Source: Leucoraja erinacea (lineage: Eukaryota). From it: DNA of 64,000 nt. Numbering within the stretch: position 1 is the first letter of the stretch; each line of letters starts with the position of its first letter. Under the pieces are notes generated by a model. The model ran no database searches and was not told the origin of the DNA. It saw only the letters and a program-made list of their open reading frames with translations. Shown here piece after piece: positions 1 through 12,800 of this stretch. Made by a program: the position numbers and the translations under genes. The stretch covers positions 46,624,001 through 46,688,000 of the forward strand of contig NC_073388.1 of NCBI RefSeq assembly GCF_028641065.1, in the 5' to 3' direction.

Positions 1-516
1 ACGGCTCCGTGTATTGGGACCACAATAACCAGGTTCTACAAATCAAAATGAATCAGAGATTAAGACGGCCACAAGTACAACTTCCCTCTGGTGTGAGAGA
101 GACAGAGAGAGACAGAGAGAGAGTTGACCCCATTTGGTTCAGACAGGCACATATAGAATCTGAAACAAGAACTAATACTTGTGGCAGCAACGAGGTTGAG
201 GGTCAATGAGGAATCTTCATGAGCCAGGCTTCAGGCTGGTGATGGAAACAGCCATCAACCATTACTGCCCACCAGACAGTTTCATGTACAAGCTATCGCA
301 AGTATTGAAAGGCAAGGGCTTGCAGAGGGGTTTGTGGAGAAAGAGCAGACTGGAGAAACAGTTTGTGGTTTCCTGTTTCCTCTCTTCAGCTCGCATTAAA
401 CAATTTGCAAGTTGGAGATAGCGAACTGCCACACAAAACCCAGAGGTGCCAAAGGATGCACTGAGTGAAGAGTGTGCAAATTACATTTTTGATTCAGCAG
501 ATATTGATCAATGGGG

Positions 517-702
517 TTTAAGAAGGAACTGCAGATGCTGGAGAATCAAAGGTACACAAAAAAGCTGGAGAAACTCAGCGGGTGCAGCAGCATCTATGGA
601 GCGAAGGAAATAGGCAACGTTTCGGGCCGAAACGTTGCCTATTTCCTTCGCTCCATAGATGTTGCTGCACCCGCTGAGTTTCTCCAGCTTTTTTGTGTAC
701 CT
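517..702. mobile_element. Penelope pLTR-derived foldback insert
   Basis: ~150-nt near-perfect hairpin 549-703; 13-bp TSD TTGATCAATGGGG (504-516, 703-715). Confidence 0.75.
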
Positions 703-1404
703 TTGATCAATGGGGACTGTGGGTAGAGAAAGGGCAGATGGAATTTAACTTAGACAAGTCTGACTGACTGAAAGATACAACATGGAAACAGACCCTTCAG
801 TCCTCACTAAAAATCAATCACCTGTTCACCCCGACTCAGTCTAGAGTCCCGACCCATCTACCTATTTTCTTCCGAGATGCTGCCTGACCCACTGAGTTAC
901 TCCATTTTGTGTCTCTGTTCACACTAGTATAGAAGCCGATAACATCGAACTAGTCCTTTCTCATCCACTCCTCACACACTATGGGCATTTTACCCAACAA
1001 AAGTGCACGTCTTCACGATGAGCGAGGAAAGCAGAGCACCCGGAGGAAACCTACGCAGTCACGGAGAGAACAAGCAATCACCGCACGGGCAGCAGGGGTC
1101 GGATTCGAACCCAGGTCGCTCGCGCTGAGAGGCTGTGGCTCTTCCTCCCAAACCACTGTGCTGCCCAAATGCAATGCATTTTGAGAAGATAAACCAGGGT
1201 AGCTTCTACTCTCCAGTGCTCTGTGTATAAGCAAGGAAGTGCAGATACTGGTTTACAAGAGACACTTTTGGAGTATCTCAGTGGGAGCCCTGGAGAGCGC
1301 AGTTGAACAGAGATACCTCAGGGTACAAGTACATACATCCTTAGAACTGCCACCACAGATGGTGACAGAGGCGCGTGGCTCACTTGCCTTCATCAGCAGA
1401 GGCC

Positions 1405-2555
1405 TCAACCGAAGACACCAGCTAAATTCCGTCTACTAATACTCCTGCACCTAGCAGAGCTGGTCCCTAGCCTCAACAACTTCTCCTTCAACTCCTCCCA
1501 CTTGCTCCAAATCCAAGGTGTAGCTATGGGCACTCGCATGGGGTCCTAGCTATGCCTGCCTCTTTGTCGGGTACGTCGAACAAACACTGTTCCAGTAAAC
1601 TGGCCCTATCCCCAAACTCTACATTGATGACTGCATCAGTGCTACCTCCTGCACCCGTGCAGAACTCACTGACTTCATCAACTTCACCACCAATTACCAA
1701 CCCGCACTCAAATTCACTTGGACCATCTCCAACATCTCTAGATCCTACCATTTCTAGATCTCACCGTCTCCATCACAGGAGACAGACAATTGACCGACAT
1801 CTACTACAAACTCATCGACTCCCATAGCTATCTGGGCTACCCTTCTTCCCACCCTGCTTCCTGTAAAGACTCTATCCCCTACTCCCATTTCCTCCGTCTA
1901 CGCCACATCTGCACCCAGGATGAGGTGTTCCATACCAGGGCACAGGAATTCTCATTCTTTAGGAAACGGGAGTTCCCCTCTTCATTATAGATGCTCACAC
2001 TAGGGTCTCCTCGATATTGAATGGCGATGCTGGCTTGAAGGGCCGAATGGCCTACTCCTAAACCTATCGTCCATTGTATCCCGCAGCTCTGCTCTTGCTC
2101 CCCCCCCCCCATCGTAACAAGGACAGAGTGCCCCTTGTCCTCACCTTCCACCCCATCAGCCGTCGCATACAGCATATAATCCTCCAACATTTTTACCACC
2201 TCCAACGGGACCCCACTACTGGCCACATCTCCACCCCTTTCTGCAGAGACCATTCCCTCTGCAGCTCCCTGGTCAACTCGTCCCTTCCCACCCAAACCAT
2301 CCCCTCCCTAGGTACTTTCCCCAGCAACCGCAGGTGATGCAACACCTGTTCCTTTACCTCCCCACCCCCCCCCCCTCGACTCCATGGACCCAGACAGTCT
2401 GTTCAAGTGAGTCAGAGGTCCCCTTGCACCTCCTCCAACCTCATCTTCTGTAGCCGCCGAGTAAGAATAAGAGGGGTCACGACCACGAAACGTCACCCAT
2501 TCCTCCTCTCCAAAGATGATGCCTGTCCCGCTGAGTTACTCCAGCATTTTGTCTG
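1405..2555 (+). mobile_element. Degenerate Penelope-like element (RT and start of GIY-YIG)
   Basis: Fragments MGTRMGPSYACLFVGYVE, DIYYKLIDSHSYLGY, KDRVPLVLTFHP; homologous to 15160-17045. Confidence 0.85.
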
Positions 2556-3996
2556 CCGTTGAGCACAAGAGTTGGGACATCACGTTACAGTTGTACATGC
2601 ACTGGTTAGATTACACTTGGCAGATTGTGTGCAATTTTGATCACTGTACTACAAGTAGCATGTGATTACGCTGGAGAGGGGGAAGAAGAGAGTCACAATG
2701 ACACTGCCCGACTGTGGAGAGCTTGGAAAAACTGGGACTGCTTCTCCAAGAGGGAAAAAGACCAAGGAATGACCTGGGAGATTTAGAAAATAATTGGGGC
2801 CTTGGTTAGGGTAATGGGGGCTTTTTATTCCCAGTGTAGGGGTTGTTTAGAATACGAGTGAACAGTTATTTTCACACAGAGGGCAGTGGGTTTATGGAAT
2901 GAGCCGACAGGAGAAGTAAGAGGCAAGACATTTGTGAATGGGAAAGGTAGAGGGATTTGGGTCAGATGTGGACAAATTGGACCAGCTTCCATGAGCATCT
3001 TGCTCAGAATGGATGAGTTACGCCAAAGGGCCCATTTCAGTGCTGTACAACTAAGCTTATTCATTGAAGGTGGACACAAAGACTATACATTCAATGCTTT
3101 CCACCACCACCACCAGGACTTTCCATCAGAATTGCCCTGGAATTTACAAGCCAGTCATTTGGTGGGTCTGGAGTCGCATACAAGCCAGGACAAGGAAGGA
3201 TGGCAAACCTCTTTTCCTGGAAGATATTATCAAAGCAGACAGGTTTTTAAAACAATGTAGGAAGGAACCGCAGATGCTGGTTCCTACCGAAGATATATTG
3301 CTGGAGTAACTCAGCGGGTCAGGCAGCATCTCTGGAGAAAAGAAACAGGTGACAATTCGGATCGGAACCCTTCTTCACACTGAAAGTAGAGGGGTGGGAA
3401 ATGGAGGTAGGAAAAGGCCAGAACAAATCAGGCAACCAAGGAAGAGTGGAGGCCATAATGGCCCATTGTTGGCTGGGGAAGAGATGGTGGGATACAGGGA
3501 ACAGTGGAACGACGAGGATGGAACGAGAGGATGGGATAATGCATTTTGTTGTCTCTGTACTGTACACTGACAATGACAATTAAATTGGATCTGAATCTGA
3601 ATCTGAAGGGGGGGGGGGGAGGAACGCGGGAATGCAGGGGTTACTTGAGATTAGAGAAATCAACATTCATACTGCTTACTTGAAATTAGTTGTTTCTAAT
3701 TAATCGAGTTGCTTCAGGCCTATCATTACTTGAATTTAAATTCCCCCGTTGCCATGGTGGGATTCGAAATCACATCTCTGAATAAATGAATAGTCCCACT
3801 GGATACAAGACTAGTAATTTAACTACAATAGCATCTCACCATTCCACAGCAAGGCCACAATTTAGTCAGCAGTTCAGCTGCCGACAAATCCCCCCCAATT
3901 GCTATTGCTCAGATCACACTGTTGCAAATGGCTCAAATAAGTACATTGAAACAAACCTCGTTAGAGTCTAATTGCCAGAGGAGATTCGGTAAATTA

Positions 3997-4089
3997 GTAT
4001 CTGCTTGTGCATTCAGTCTTACTCAACTTAGACCTAGCAGATAAGAGTATCTGCTTGTGCATTGTCTTACTCCACTTAGCAGATAAGAA
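3997..4089. repeat. Two-copy ~45-50 bp tandem duplication
   Basis: GTATCTGCTTGTGCATT...TAGCAGATAAGA twice. Confidence 0.8.
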
Positions 4090-4224
4090 GTTAACACTTC
4101 TGTATTTAAAAAAAATGCTAGGTTGCATGTTGCTAGATTATGAATTACATTCAAAGTAATTGTGTTTCAGTGTCCAAAAGCAACGCTTTGAGATGCATCA
4201 CCAGTACATCTGTCGGAACAAGGA

Positions 4225-4555
4225 TAGCATGGTGGTGCAGTGGTGGAGTTGCTGCCTTAGTGCCAGAGGCTCGGGTTCGAACCTAACAACGGGTGCTGTC
4301 TGTACGGAGGTTGCATGTTCTCCCTGTGACCGCGTGGGTTTTCCTCGGGTGCTCCAGTTTCCTTCCACACTCTAAATACCTACTGGTTTGTAGGTTTATT
4401 GGCATTGGTAAAGACTGTAAATTGTTCCTCGTGTAAGACAGTGCTAGTGCATGGTTATAAAACCCGATTGATTGATTGTTGTATATGGTTAGACGCTGGT
4501 CAACGCGGACTCGATGGGCCAAAGGGCCTTCTCTCTCGCTGTATCTCTAAACTGA
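4225..4555 (+). mobile_element. HE1-type tRNA-derived V-SINE; further copies at ~930-1170(-), 6190-6470(+), 17270-17610(+), 24870-25120(-), 29085-29370(-), 31030-31390(+), 31830-32100(+), 39785-40065(-), 45660-45960(+), 51450-51740(-), 52735-53040(-)
   Basis: A/B-box head (GGTGGTGCAGTGG...GGTTCGAACC), V-domain TGTTCTCCCTGTGACCGCGTGGGTTTTC, CR1-like tail GGGCC...CTGTATCTCTAAAC. Confidence 0.8.
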
Positions 4556-4582
4556 ACGGCCCTGGAGCTGGAGAGCTCTGCT

Positions 4583-4636
4583 GGGGTGGAAGATTGCAAC
4601 CTTCACGTGGTCCGCCCTGTTTCGACTAATCTAATC
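4583..4636 (+). ncRNA. Minimal HDV-like (CPEB3-type) ribozyme fold
   Basis: P1 GGGGTGG/CCGCCCT, P2 GATTGCA/TCTAATC (2 mismatches; TGCAATC in copy 2), P3 ACC/GGT, L3 TTCACGT, J4/2 CTAA. Confidence 0.65.
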
Positions 4637-4719
4637 AACTCGACGTGCACAAACGGAAGATCAAATAGAACAAGTTGTCAACAACTTTAGGCAGTGCACG
4701 CCACATGAAAGAAGAAGAA
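4583..4719 (+). mobile_element. Short SINE-like element with HDV/CPEB3-like ribozyme head and (GAA)n tail, copy 1
   Basis: TSD GGAGAGCTCTG(C/T)T at 4570-4582 and 4720-4732; HDV-like pairing; (GAA) tail; homologous copy at 48952-49094. Confidence 0.75.
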
Positions 4720-5373
4720 GGAGAGCTCTGTTGCTAAACATGCCCTCTATTTCAGGAAGTGCTGCAAACAATGGCCTCAGCAAACCGGGGACACTCACTT
4801 GAACTGCAGTTCATTCAAGGTCAGCTGCGGGAGGCTCCCCGGGGACACAAAGTTGGCCGGGCGAGGAGAGGGACGACAGTTCACTGAACGATCCAGATGA
4901 AGGCGACGGCTGGAGGCCCTGAAGCAGCCTGGGGCTCGCCTGGATCGGGCACCGCTGCACAAGACCAAGCGCGCAGACCATTTGGGTCATGGCACCAAAT
5001 CCAGCGACTCGGGAAGGAATGTCACTATTTGCACTGTGCTTGTAACACAAAGTTGCTTGTAACAATTTCTAGCTTTGAACTGTGAAGTCTGGGAAATGCT
5101 GCATGCATTCCCAAACCCCCATATTCTTTCAATTTATGAAGACACTCTTCCACACCGACAAATTAGTCCATTGGAACCGTTTAAAGAGTGCCTTCTGGAA
5201 TGAGCTGAAGGAGGTCGGTTCGTTTTTATCATTTAAAATAAATTTAATATGGATGGGAAGGAATGGAATTCACGCACCAATGGGACTATAGATTATGTGT
5301 TCGGCACACAGAAAGGGTCGAGATGGCCTGTTAGATTGTTAGGTTATATGGAACCGTTTAGCAAAGGTGACGA

Positions 5374-5481
5374 GACAGACTACATTTCAATTCACGCAAA
5401 TAAAACTGACTCTTTAGGCTCCAAATAACAGACTACATCTCAAATAAAACTGACTCTTTGGCTCCTAACACTACATCTCAA
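5374..5481. repeat. ~2.5-copy degenerate tandem repeat
   Basis: ACAGACTACAT...CAAATAAAACTGACTCTTT(A)GGCTCC recurs. Confidence 0.75.
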
Positions 5482-8050
5482 TGAAACTTGATGCTAAATG
5501 AGAAATAAAGCCAAACTCACAAATTGTATTGAGACATTGGGCGAGGAAAAAAATGCGTCAAAAAGCTACGCCCATGCACGTTATATGTACCAGGTGCAGA
5601 TCAGTAGACCACTTGCAAGAAAGACTGTTCCCTCAGTTCCACCACCTCCCAGCACATTCATGGGCATCTTTTGAGGAGGCAGTGGGAAGGAACAGTATTC
5701 ACTGCGCTAGGAATGGAGGCATCATTAAGCACTGCAAACAGCAAACTGTTAATTGAAACAGAACATGTATGAAGTTGTTTTTAATTAAATGTGGGAAAAG
5801 CTTTGAAAACAGGATACTTGGCTGCTGTTCAGCAAACCTCATTAGAGTAAGGTTCTACACTGTGGAACTTAAAAACAATAGATTTACCTCATTCCCGATT
5901 TAAAACAAAACTCTTGCACTAACATTAACTTTGATATTTCCAAAACACCCTATCTATAATTTCCTGGCATACTTTAACATTGTTAACAATGTGCGATTCA
6001 AATCCTTAACTGGATGAAAAATTAAGCAACTGCATTGGTCTCCAAATATTCAGTAAATAACATTAATGAACAGCCATTAAAACTGCACTTCAGGATATTC
6101 AGAAACAAGACTTTTTGTACAGTGTCTCTCCCCCTCTCTGAAGTTTTGGCTGTGTGCACAGTTTGTAACAATGGGGAAAGATAACACATTTGGTGCAGCG
6201 CAGCAGTAGTGTTGCTGCCTTGCAGTGCCAGAGACCCGGGTTCCATCTGTACGGAATTAGTATGTTCTCCCCATAACTGCATGGGTTTTCTCCGGTTGCT
6301 CCATTTCCTCCCATACTCCAAAGGTTTGTAGATTAATTAGCTTCAGCAAAACTGTAGCCAATGTGTGTAGGATAGCATTAGTGCGGTGGGGGTGGGGGGG
6401 AAAATCACTGGTCGGTGCAGACTCAGTGGGCTGAAGGACCCGTTTTCACGCTATATCTCGAAACTACAAACTAGAGAGCCATCCACTGGCCATTCGAGTA
6501 CATGGGTCAAAAAATAAAACAGGATTCCATCATTCCACACACGCATATTTCATCCTTCCCACGGCTAAGGTCCGCTCCCCATAATCTTTAATTTCCTGAT
6601 TTTTTTTTTTTTTTTTTTTTTTTTAATTATATAAAGACACTTCCCCTTTAAAGATCTGGCAAACCAAAACCAGAACCAAATTCTCACGCAACAGCCACCT
6701 GTACAGGAATCTCCTTTCCGTTTGGTCTATTTTGTTTTATTCTGTTATCCCACGAGTGAGTGGGGTGAGGGGGTGGTGGGGGTAAAAAGTTTGGCAGGCT
6801 GCATTAGTCATCATTTCCAATATTCTCCTTCACCCACACAAACCTTGGCATTTAGATGTTATTTATTCGATTAGAAACCACATTAAGGAGCAGCAAACTG
6901 CCCGACTGAAAATCCACAGAAGTGGACAAATCAGAACACGGCGTAATATTTAAACAATTACAAAGACCGTCAGTAATTTAAGCTTGCCAGACAATTAACG
7001 CAGTGAGAGAGATCCTGCCAAGTGAGAAATGAACATTAGCTGTTGCACTAAAATCCTGCTCTTCCTGCCTTGCAACGTTAGGTCAAACAGCAAAAAAACA
7101 TAAAGATTAAAGGTTCGAATGGAAAAGAATGGCAGCCCCAACATTAAAGATTAATACAACGTTAATTAAAACTCACAACCCAAGTGCAAATATGAAAGAA
7201 CTTGTTGGAAGACTGCAATACATCCTTGGGAAAGACAATGCTGGAGTAACTCAGCGGTTCAGGCAGCATCGCTGAAGACAATAGATAAGCAACCTTTCTG
7301 CTCAAGATCCTTCTTCAGACTGATTGCAGTGGGGGAGGAGATAGAAATTGGAAGCCAGAAAAACAGGACAAATCAGGACTGCCAACAGATGACCTTCAGC
7401 AAGGAGGTTCCCTGATAGGCCCATTATTGGCTACATTGATGCAAATTGTGGAACTGGTTAGCTTCTAGTGGAGAAGGGGGGGGGGGGAAAGAGAAAACAA
7501 AAAGAGGGAGGGTGGTAGGAGGGGGAGAAGATTGAGGAGAGGGGGAGGAAAGTGTTTGTAGAAGCTCAGGGGCTTAACAGCTGTGAACCAAGTCAGTTTG
7601 CTTTCCCTGCTGCCACTAAGTGGAGAAATCCTGGTAGTTTCATCTGAATACCGAGATTGGACTCTGGCGACAACATGCTTCATATCTCAGCAATATTGCC
7701 ACTGGATTAACAACCTTCTCCAGAATGAAAAGAGACATTCAAAAGCAATCAGATACAAGAATTAGATTATTACTGGTGAAATGAGAAGTGCTCTTTTGAG
7801 ACTTGGGCATTGGGACAGAAGAGATTGTTGTGGACATTTTCACATCGCTGCGTATGCCTCAGCTTGACACTAACAATGACCGACAGCATCTTCATCATCA
7901 CTAATGCTCGTGGTCTGTGTGGACAACGGCAGCTGTTAAACACTCACTGTTCCCCAGAGTCCGTCGTTCACTGGGGCAATGCCTCTGGCCTCAACACCTC
8001 TCCCCACCTCCCTTCCATTTCTAATACTATGGTGAGGTGAAGCATTGTAA

Positions 8051-10059
8051 CAGTTCAAGTATTGTAGAGTTTGTATAGTAAATTGTCTTTTAAAGGGACT
8101 GTCCAACTGTACGAGCACATTCAAGAGCTCTCCCGAATTAAAAAAAATAATCAAACTCGTGGTAAGCACGTAGAATGTACGTAGCGGGTACTTCAGAGCT
8201 CCGGACGTCTCTTAGCGGCTCGTAACGTTAACGGCAGGTACTCGGGGAAATACGGTAAGCTCGTGATTATTTTTCAACATGTTGAAAAATGTCCACGAGA
8301 CCCCCGAGTACCTACGGGCGGCTATTACCATAATTCTCCGAGTTCGAATCAGGGGAAACTCGGGAGAACTCTTGAATTAGCTCGTACAGTGGGACAGCCC
8401 CATTAGTTGCCCCAGCGTGTAGAGAGCGAATGTGAGAGAGGGATAGCATAGGACGGAGACTAATGGTCCGCATGGAATCAGTGGGCCGAATGGCCTATTT
8501 CCATGCTGTATCTTTTCAATCAATCCTACTTTATCTGTCCTTCACTCCCAAACATTCAGGGAGACAGAATCATCTTCACTATCATAACACACACCAACAT
8601 AACACACCATCATAACTTGTGCATTGTAATCACACTCATTATTTGGTTGTGTGAGAAGGAACTGCAGATGCTAGTCTAGACCAAGGATAGACAAAATGCA
8701 GGAGTAACTCAATGGTCAGGCAGTACCTCTGGAGAAAGGGAATAGGTACCATTTTAGGTCAAAACCTTTCATCAGACTCGTGATGAAGGGTCTTGACCCA
8801 AAACATCACCCATTCCTTCTCTCCAGAGATGTTGCCTGTCCCGCTGAGTTACTCCAGCATTTTGTGCCTATCCTCATTATTTGGTTGGTTAGTCATTCAT
8901 GAGATTTGGGGAACAGACCTCCAGCATTCATCGCTCAATCCATTAAACCCTGATCAGCTGTTTGCGAGGCTATTTCAGGTCGGCTAAGAGTACTACCGTT
9001 TTGGGTTTGAAGTCATATATGCCAAGACAGGCTGGCCTCTCTTTTTAAAAGATCACAGTTCAAGTATTGTAGTTTGTATAGTAAATTGTCTTTTAAAGGG
9101 ACTGTCCAACTGTACGAGCACATTCAAGAGCTCTCCCGAGTTAAAAAAAATAATCAAACTCGTGGTAAGCATGTAGAATGTACGTAGCGGGTACTTCGGA
9201 GCTCAGGACGTCTCTTAGCGGCTCGTAACTTTAACGGCAGGTACTCGGGGAAATGCGGTAAGCTCGTGAAGATTTTTCAACATGTTGAAAAATGTCCACA
9301 AGAGCCCCGAGTACCTACGAGCGGCTATTACCATAATTCTCCGAGTTCGAATCAGGGGAAACTCGGGAGAACTCTTGAATTAGCTCGTACAGTGGGACAG
9401 CCCCATTAGTTGCCCCAGCGTGTAGAGAGCGAATGTGAGAGAGGGATAGCATAGGACGGAGACTAATGGTCCGCATGGATTCAGTGGGCCGAATGGCCTA
9501 TTTCCATGCTGCATCTTTTCAATCAATCTTACTTTATCTGTCCTTCACTCCCAAACATTCAGGGAGACAGAATCATCTTCACTATCATAACACACACCAA
9601 CATAACACACCACCATCAAACTGTGCATTGTAATCACACCCAGTTTTGGTTGTGTGAGAAGGAACTGCAGATGCTAGTCTAGACAAGGATAGACAAAATG
9701 CAGGAGTAACTCAATGGTCAGGCAGTACCTCTGGAGAAAGGGAATAGGTACCATTTTAGGTCAAAACCTTTCATCAGACTCGTGATGAAGGGTCTTGACC
9801 CAAAACATCACCCATTCCTTCTCTCCAGAGATGTTGCCTGTCCCGCTGAGTTACTCCAGCATTTTGTGCCTATCCTCATTATTTGGTTGGTTAGTCATTC
9901 ATGAGATTTGGGGAACAGACCTCCAGCATTCATCGCTCAATCCATTAAACCCTGATCAGCTGTTTGCGAGGCTATTTCAGGTCGGCTAAGAGTACTACCG
10001 TTTTGGGTTTGAAGTCATATATGCCAAGACAGGCTGGCCTCTGTCTTTTTAAAAGATCA
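8051..10059. repeat. ~1.0-kb tandem duplication (8051-9055 / 9056-10059)
   Basis: Identical ORFs at 8793 and 9795; both units start CAGTTCAAGTATTGTAG and end TTTTAAAAGATCA. Confidence 0.95.
8094..8402. mobile_element. MITE, PIF/Harbinger-like (duplicated at 9097-9405)
   Basis: ~45-bp imperfect TIRs GGG(A/G)CTGTCC(A/C)ACTGTACGAGC..., flanked by TAA/TTA. Confidence 0.7.
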
Positions 10060-10474
10060 TTAGCAAGCAAGATGTATATTCTGTGCACACAAGGTGATCT
10101 TAATGACAATCTGTCACGTTTCACTGTCACCATTACTGCTTTATTCCAAATATTATATTTCCCCCAGTTCTCTACTGGGATTCAATCTCACATCCCTAGC
10201 TCAGCAGTCCAGCCAACAAAGTCCTGCATGCTACCAGATACAGTGCCGCCAAACTCCATCCTGGGATTCACTAGAGTGCCATCACAAAGACTGTTGCAGT
10301 TCAATAAAGCCAACCAGCTTCCAATGGTTCCATGGTTCTTTTATTGTCACGTGTACCAAGGTACAGTGAAATACATTTTTTACACGTAGATCAGTGAGAT
10401 TATTGCCATACATAAACACAATCCCTGATTAAGTACCCCAGTTTCAGTTTAGTTTATTGTCACATGTACCGAGG

Positions 10475-10900
10475 TTTTCTATTTGCGCAAAAAGGGTACA
10501 GGATAGCGCTACGATTTTTCGTCAGCTCACTCACCATTCTCCTGTGCCACGAGTGCACAAAGTTTCATTCCAATTGTTGGTCTATTCCAAATGTTAGCGA
10601 GGTTTAAAAATCTTAAAAACCGCGCGTGCGCAGATCGATCTCCTCTCCTGCCAGTCAGCGCCACGTGGATTGGTCTCTTCCCCAGTCACTCCACGGCACG
10701 GTCCGCTCCTTCCTGCGCCATCGCGTCTTTACTGGAGTTGAGGGACGCTCTGGATGGCCAGCGGAGGTCTCCAACCGAACACAATTTTTGGGACCGGAAG
10801 CGGCCCAGCCCGGCGCGGAGTCGGAGATGTCGCCAAACAGAAAGCGGAGACTCTGATCCCAACGGAGGAGAACGACCAGCGCCCGCTGCGAGTCCCCATT
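10475..10900. mobile_element. CpG-rich interspersed repeat of uncertain class (possibly a non-autonomous Helitron), followed by a C-rich tract to ~11110
   Basis: Abrupt CpG-rich block interrupting a LINE tail; no credible coding frame. Confidence 0.3.
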
Positions 10901-12099
10901 GCACCACCAGCTCCAGCCCATTCCCCTCTCCCCACAACCTCCCCCCTACCCATACCCCCCACCCACAACACCCCTCCACCCACAAAACCCCCTCCTCCCA
11001 CCCACATCCATACACTCCTCCCCCCACAAACTCCCCCTGCCCCACCACACCCCCCCCCCCCCCCCCCCCCGACCCCCACAACCCCCCGCCCCTCCCCCCC
11101 CTCCACACCCCATCTATTATATGCCAAGCACTGGAACAGGCCCTTTGGCCCACAAATGTTCGTGTCGAACATGATGCCGTGTTCTACTGATTGCCTCGCT
11201 AATTTAATTAGAACCAACTCAGAAAATAAAATGTCACCAGCGAAGGAAAGCATTCACTGGGCAGGCCTTCCTGTCTCACAGCAGAGCCACATGTGCCACA
11301 CACCAAAACGTGTGTCAGACATGCAGCAAGGCAAAACCGTTAACAGGAAGACCTGAAAAACAAAAACGACCAAGATTCAAACGCCAAAATGATCATAGGC
11401 ACTTGAATCGGAAACCATGAATCAATTCAGAAATTGCTCTATTTTAAAGTCATCAGAATCCAATATCCCCCTTAAATAACTTGCGAAACACCCTCACAAT
11501 CACCCCAGTTCATTTACTTGAAGCTCGGTTACAACCTCACAATGCTATTTTTCCCCAAATAAGACTGCTAACAAAACCGGGACAGGCAGCCTCTCTTCAG
11601 AGTTCAGTCAGTCTGAATAAGGGTTTTGACATGAAACGACACCCACTCCTTCTCTCCAGAGATGCTGAGTTACTCCAGCATTTTGTGTCTACCTTCGGTG
11701 TAAGCCAGCATCTGCAGTTCCTTCCTCCACACTGCTAACAAAACCCCCAGGCCTCGAATGTCTTAAGCTATACACGTATTGTCTCTACTTGCTTTCAACC
11801 TCACCCGCTATTTTCCAAAGGTGCTCTGCCACACATTTTATTGTACATGTAACACACTCTATTGTCACCCTGAATCTGATGGTGTGTGTGTCTCTCTTGG
11901 CGGGGTCAAACCCCAGTCATGTCGGTGCAATCATGAACGCAGGGGGAAAGAATGCTCCCGCTTTAACTCGAGGGATGAAGTGGTTTCAATGAATGGGAGG
12001 AGCAGGGCTGGGCTCTGCAGGAAACTGCCCGCTCCACAACCAGCTGTTCATTTCAATTACACAATCTCGGACAAATTAAAAAGGGAAATGCGCAGGTGG

Positions 12100-12800
12100 C
12101 CTGCTATAACGGTGCTTCCCCATCTACAGCAAGGTGCTGGAAATGGTCGGACGGAGAGAAATCCCCCTCATGTCGGTACCGGGATGTTCCCTGTATACGA
12201 AATACCCCCGAGTGAACGGATCCCAATTTCGGAAGCGGACCAGCGCGTTACAAGCCAGGGTGGATTTTCAAACACCAGATTTTTTTTCTCCTTTTCTCCA
12301 TCCACCCGCTATTTCTCCCCTCGCTCTTATTTGCTTCAGTTCATTTAATTTCCATTCCGTGCCAGAAGCCGACGCCCAGCGCCTTGCATCCAGCCCACAT
12401 CTTCCTCCGTGAACAATAGCTGAGCTGACCAGCAGCGGTAACAGCCCGGGGGCGAGGTACCTCCTGGTGCACAACAGAGCGGAGAATCCCTCCTGCGCCG
12501 CCCGCTAACTCTCCCTATGGGTGCAAATAACTGCATGCATTTGCCAGTGGACGAAAGGAGAGCGGATAACTGGTGGTTGCATGCAAGCACTCACCGACTG
12601 CCGAGCCACCTCCGCCGCCGCCATGGTCGCTCCTTCACCGACTCCCTTCCGAATGCTGCCGCTGGATACATTCAGGGCGCTACCACCGCGCGGCTGCGGG
12701 GGTGCCAGCATATCCAATCCTCCCAACGCCCTCTCTCAATCATCTCCTTCTCACGAATTATTCTTTATTAGTCTGCCCATTGTTAACAAATTATATTACC
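12100..12800 (-). promoter_or_regulatory. CpG-island promoter/5' UTR of SEPTIN6
   Basis: High CpG/GC content around exon 1 in an otherwise CpG-depleted background. Confidence 0.65.
12595..12624 (-). CDS. SEPTIN6: Septin-6 coding exon 1 (MAAAEVARQS); intron 1 runs off the left end of the window
   Basis: 30-nt coding exon, ATG in GCGACCATGG context, donor TCG|GTGAGT; resembles SEPT6 N-terminus MAATDIARQV; in a CpG island; divergent from SOWAHD as in human Xq24. Confidence 0.85.

Noticed and set aside
4225-4300. tRNA genes at SINE heads
   Set aside because: They run into the V-domain and LINE-derived tail; SINEs rather than tRNAs
10591-11356. Several 150-200 aa overlapping ORFs
   Set aside because: Open because of a GC-rich repeat and poly-C tract; no domain or splice support
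1-12594. SEPTIN6 exon 2 (GHVGFDSLPDQLV)
   Set aside because: Not seen; presumably lies left of the window
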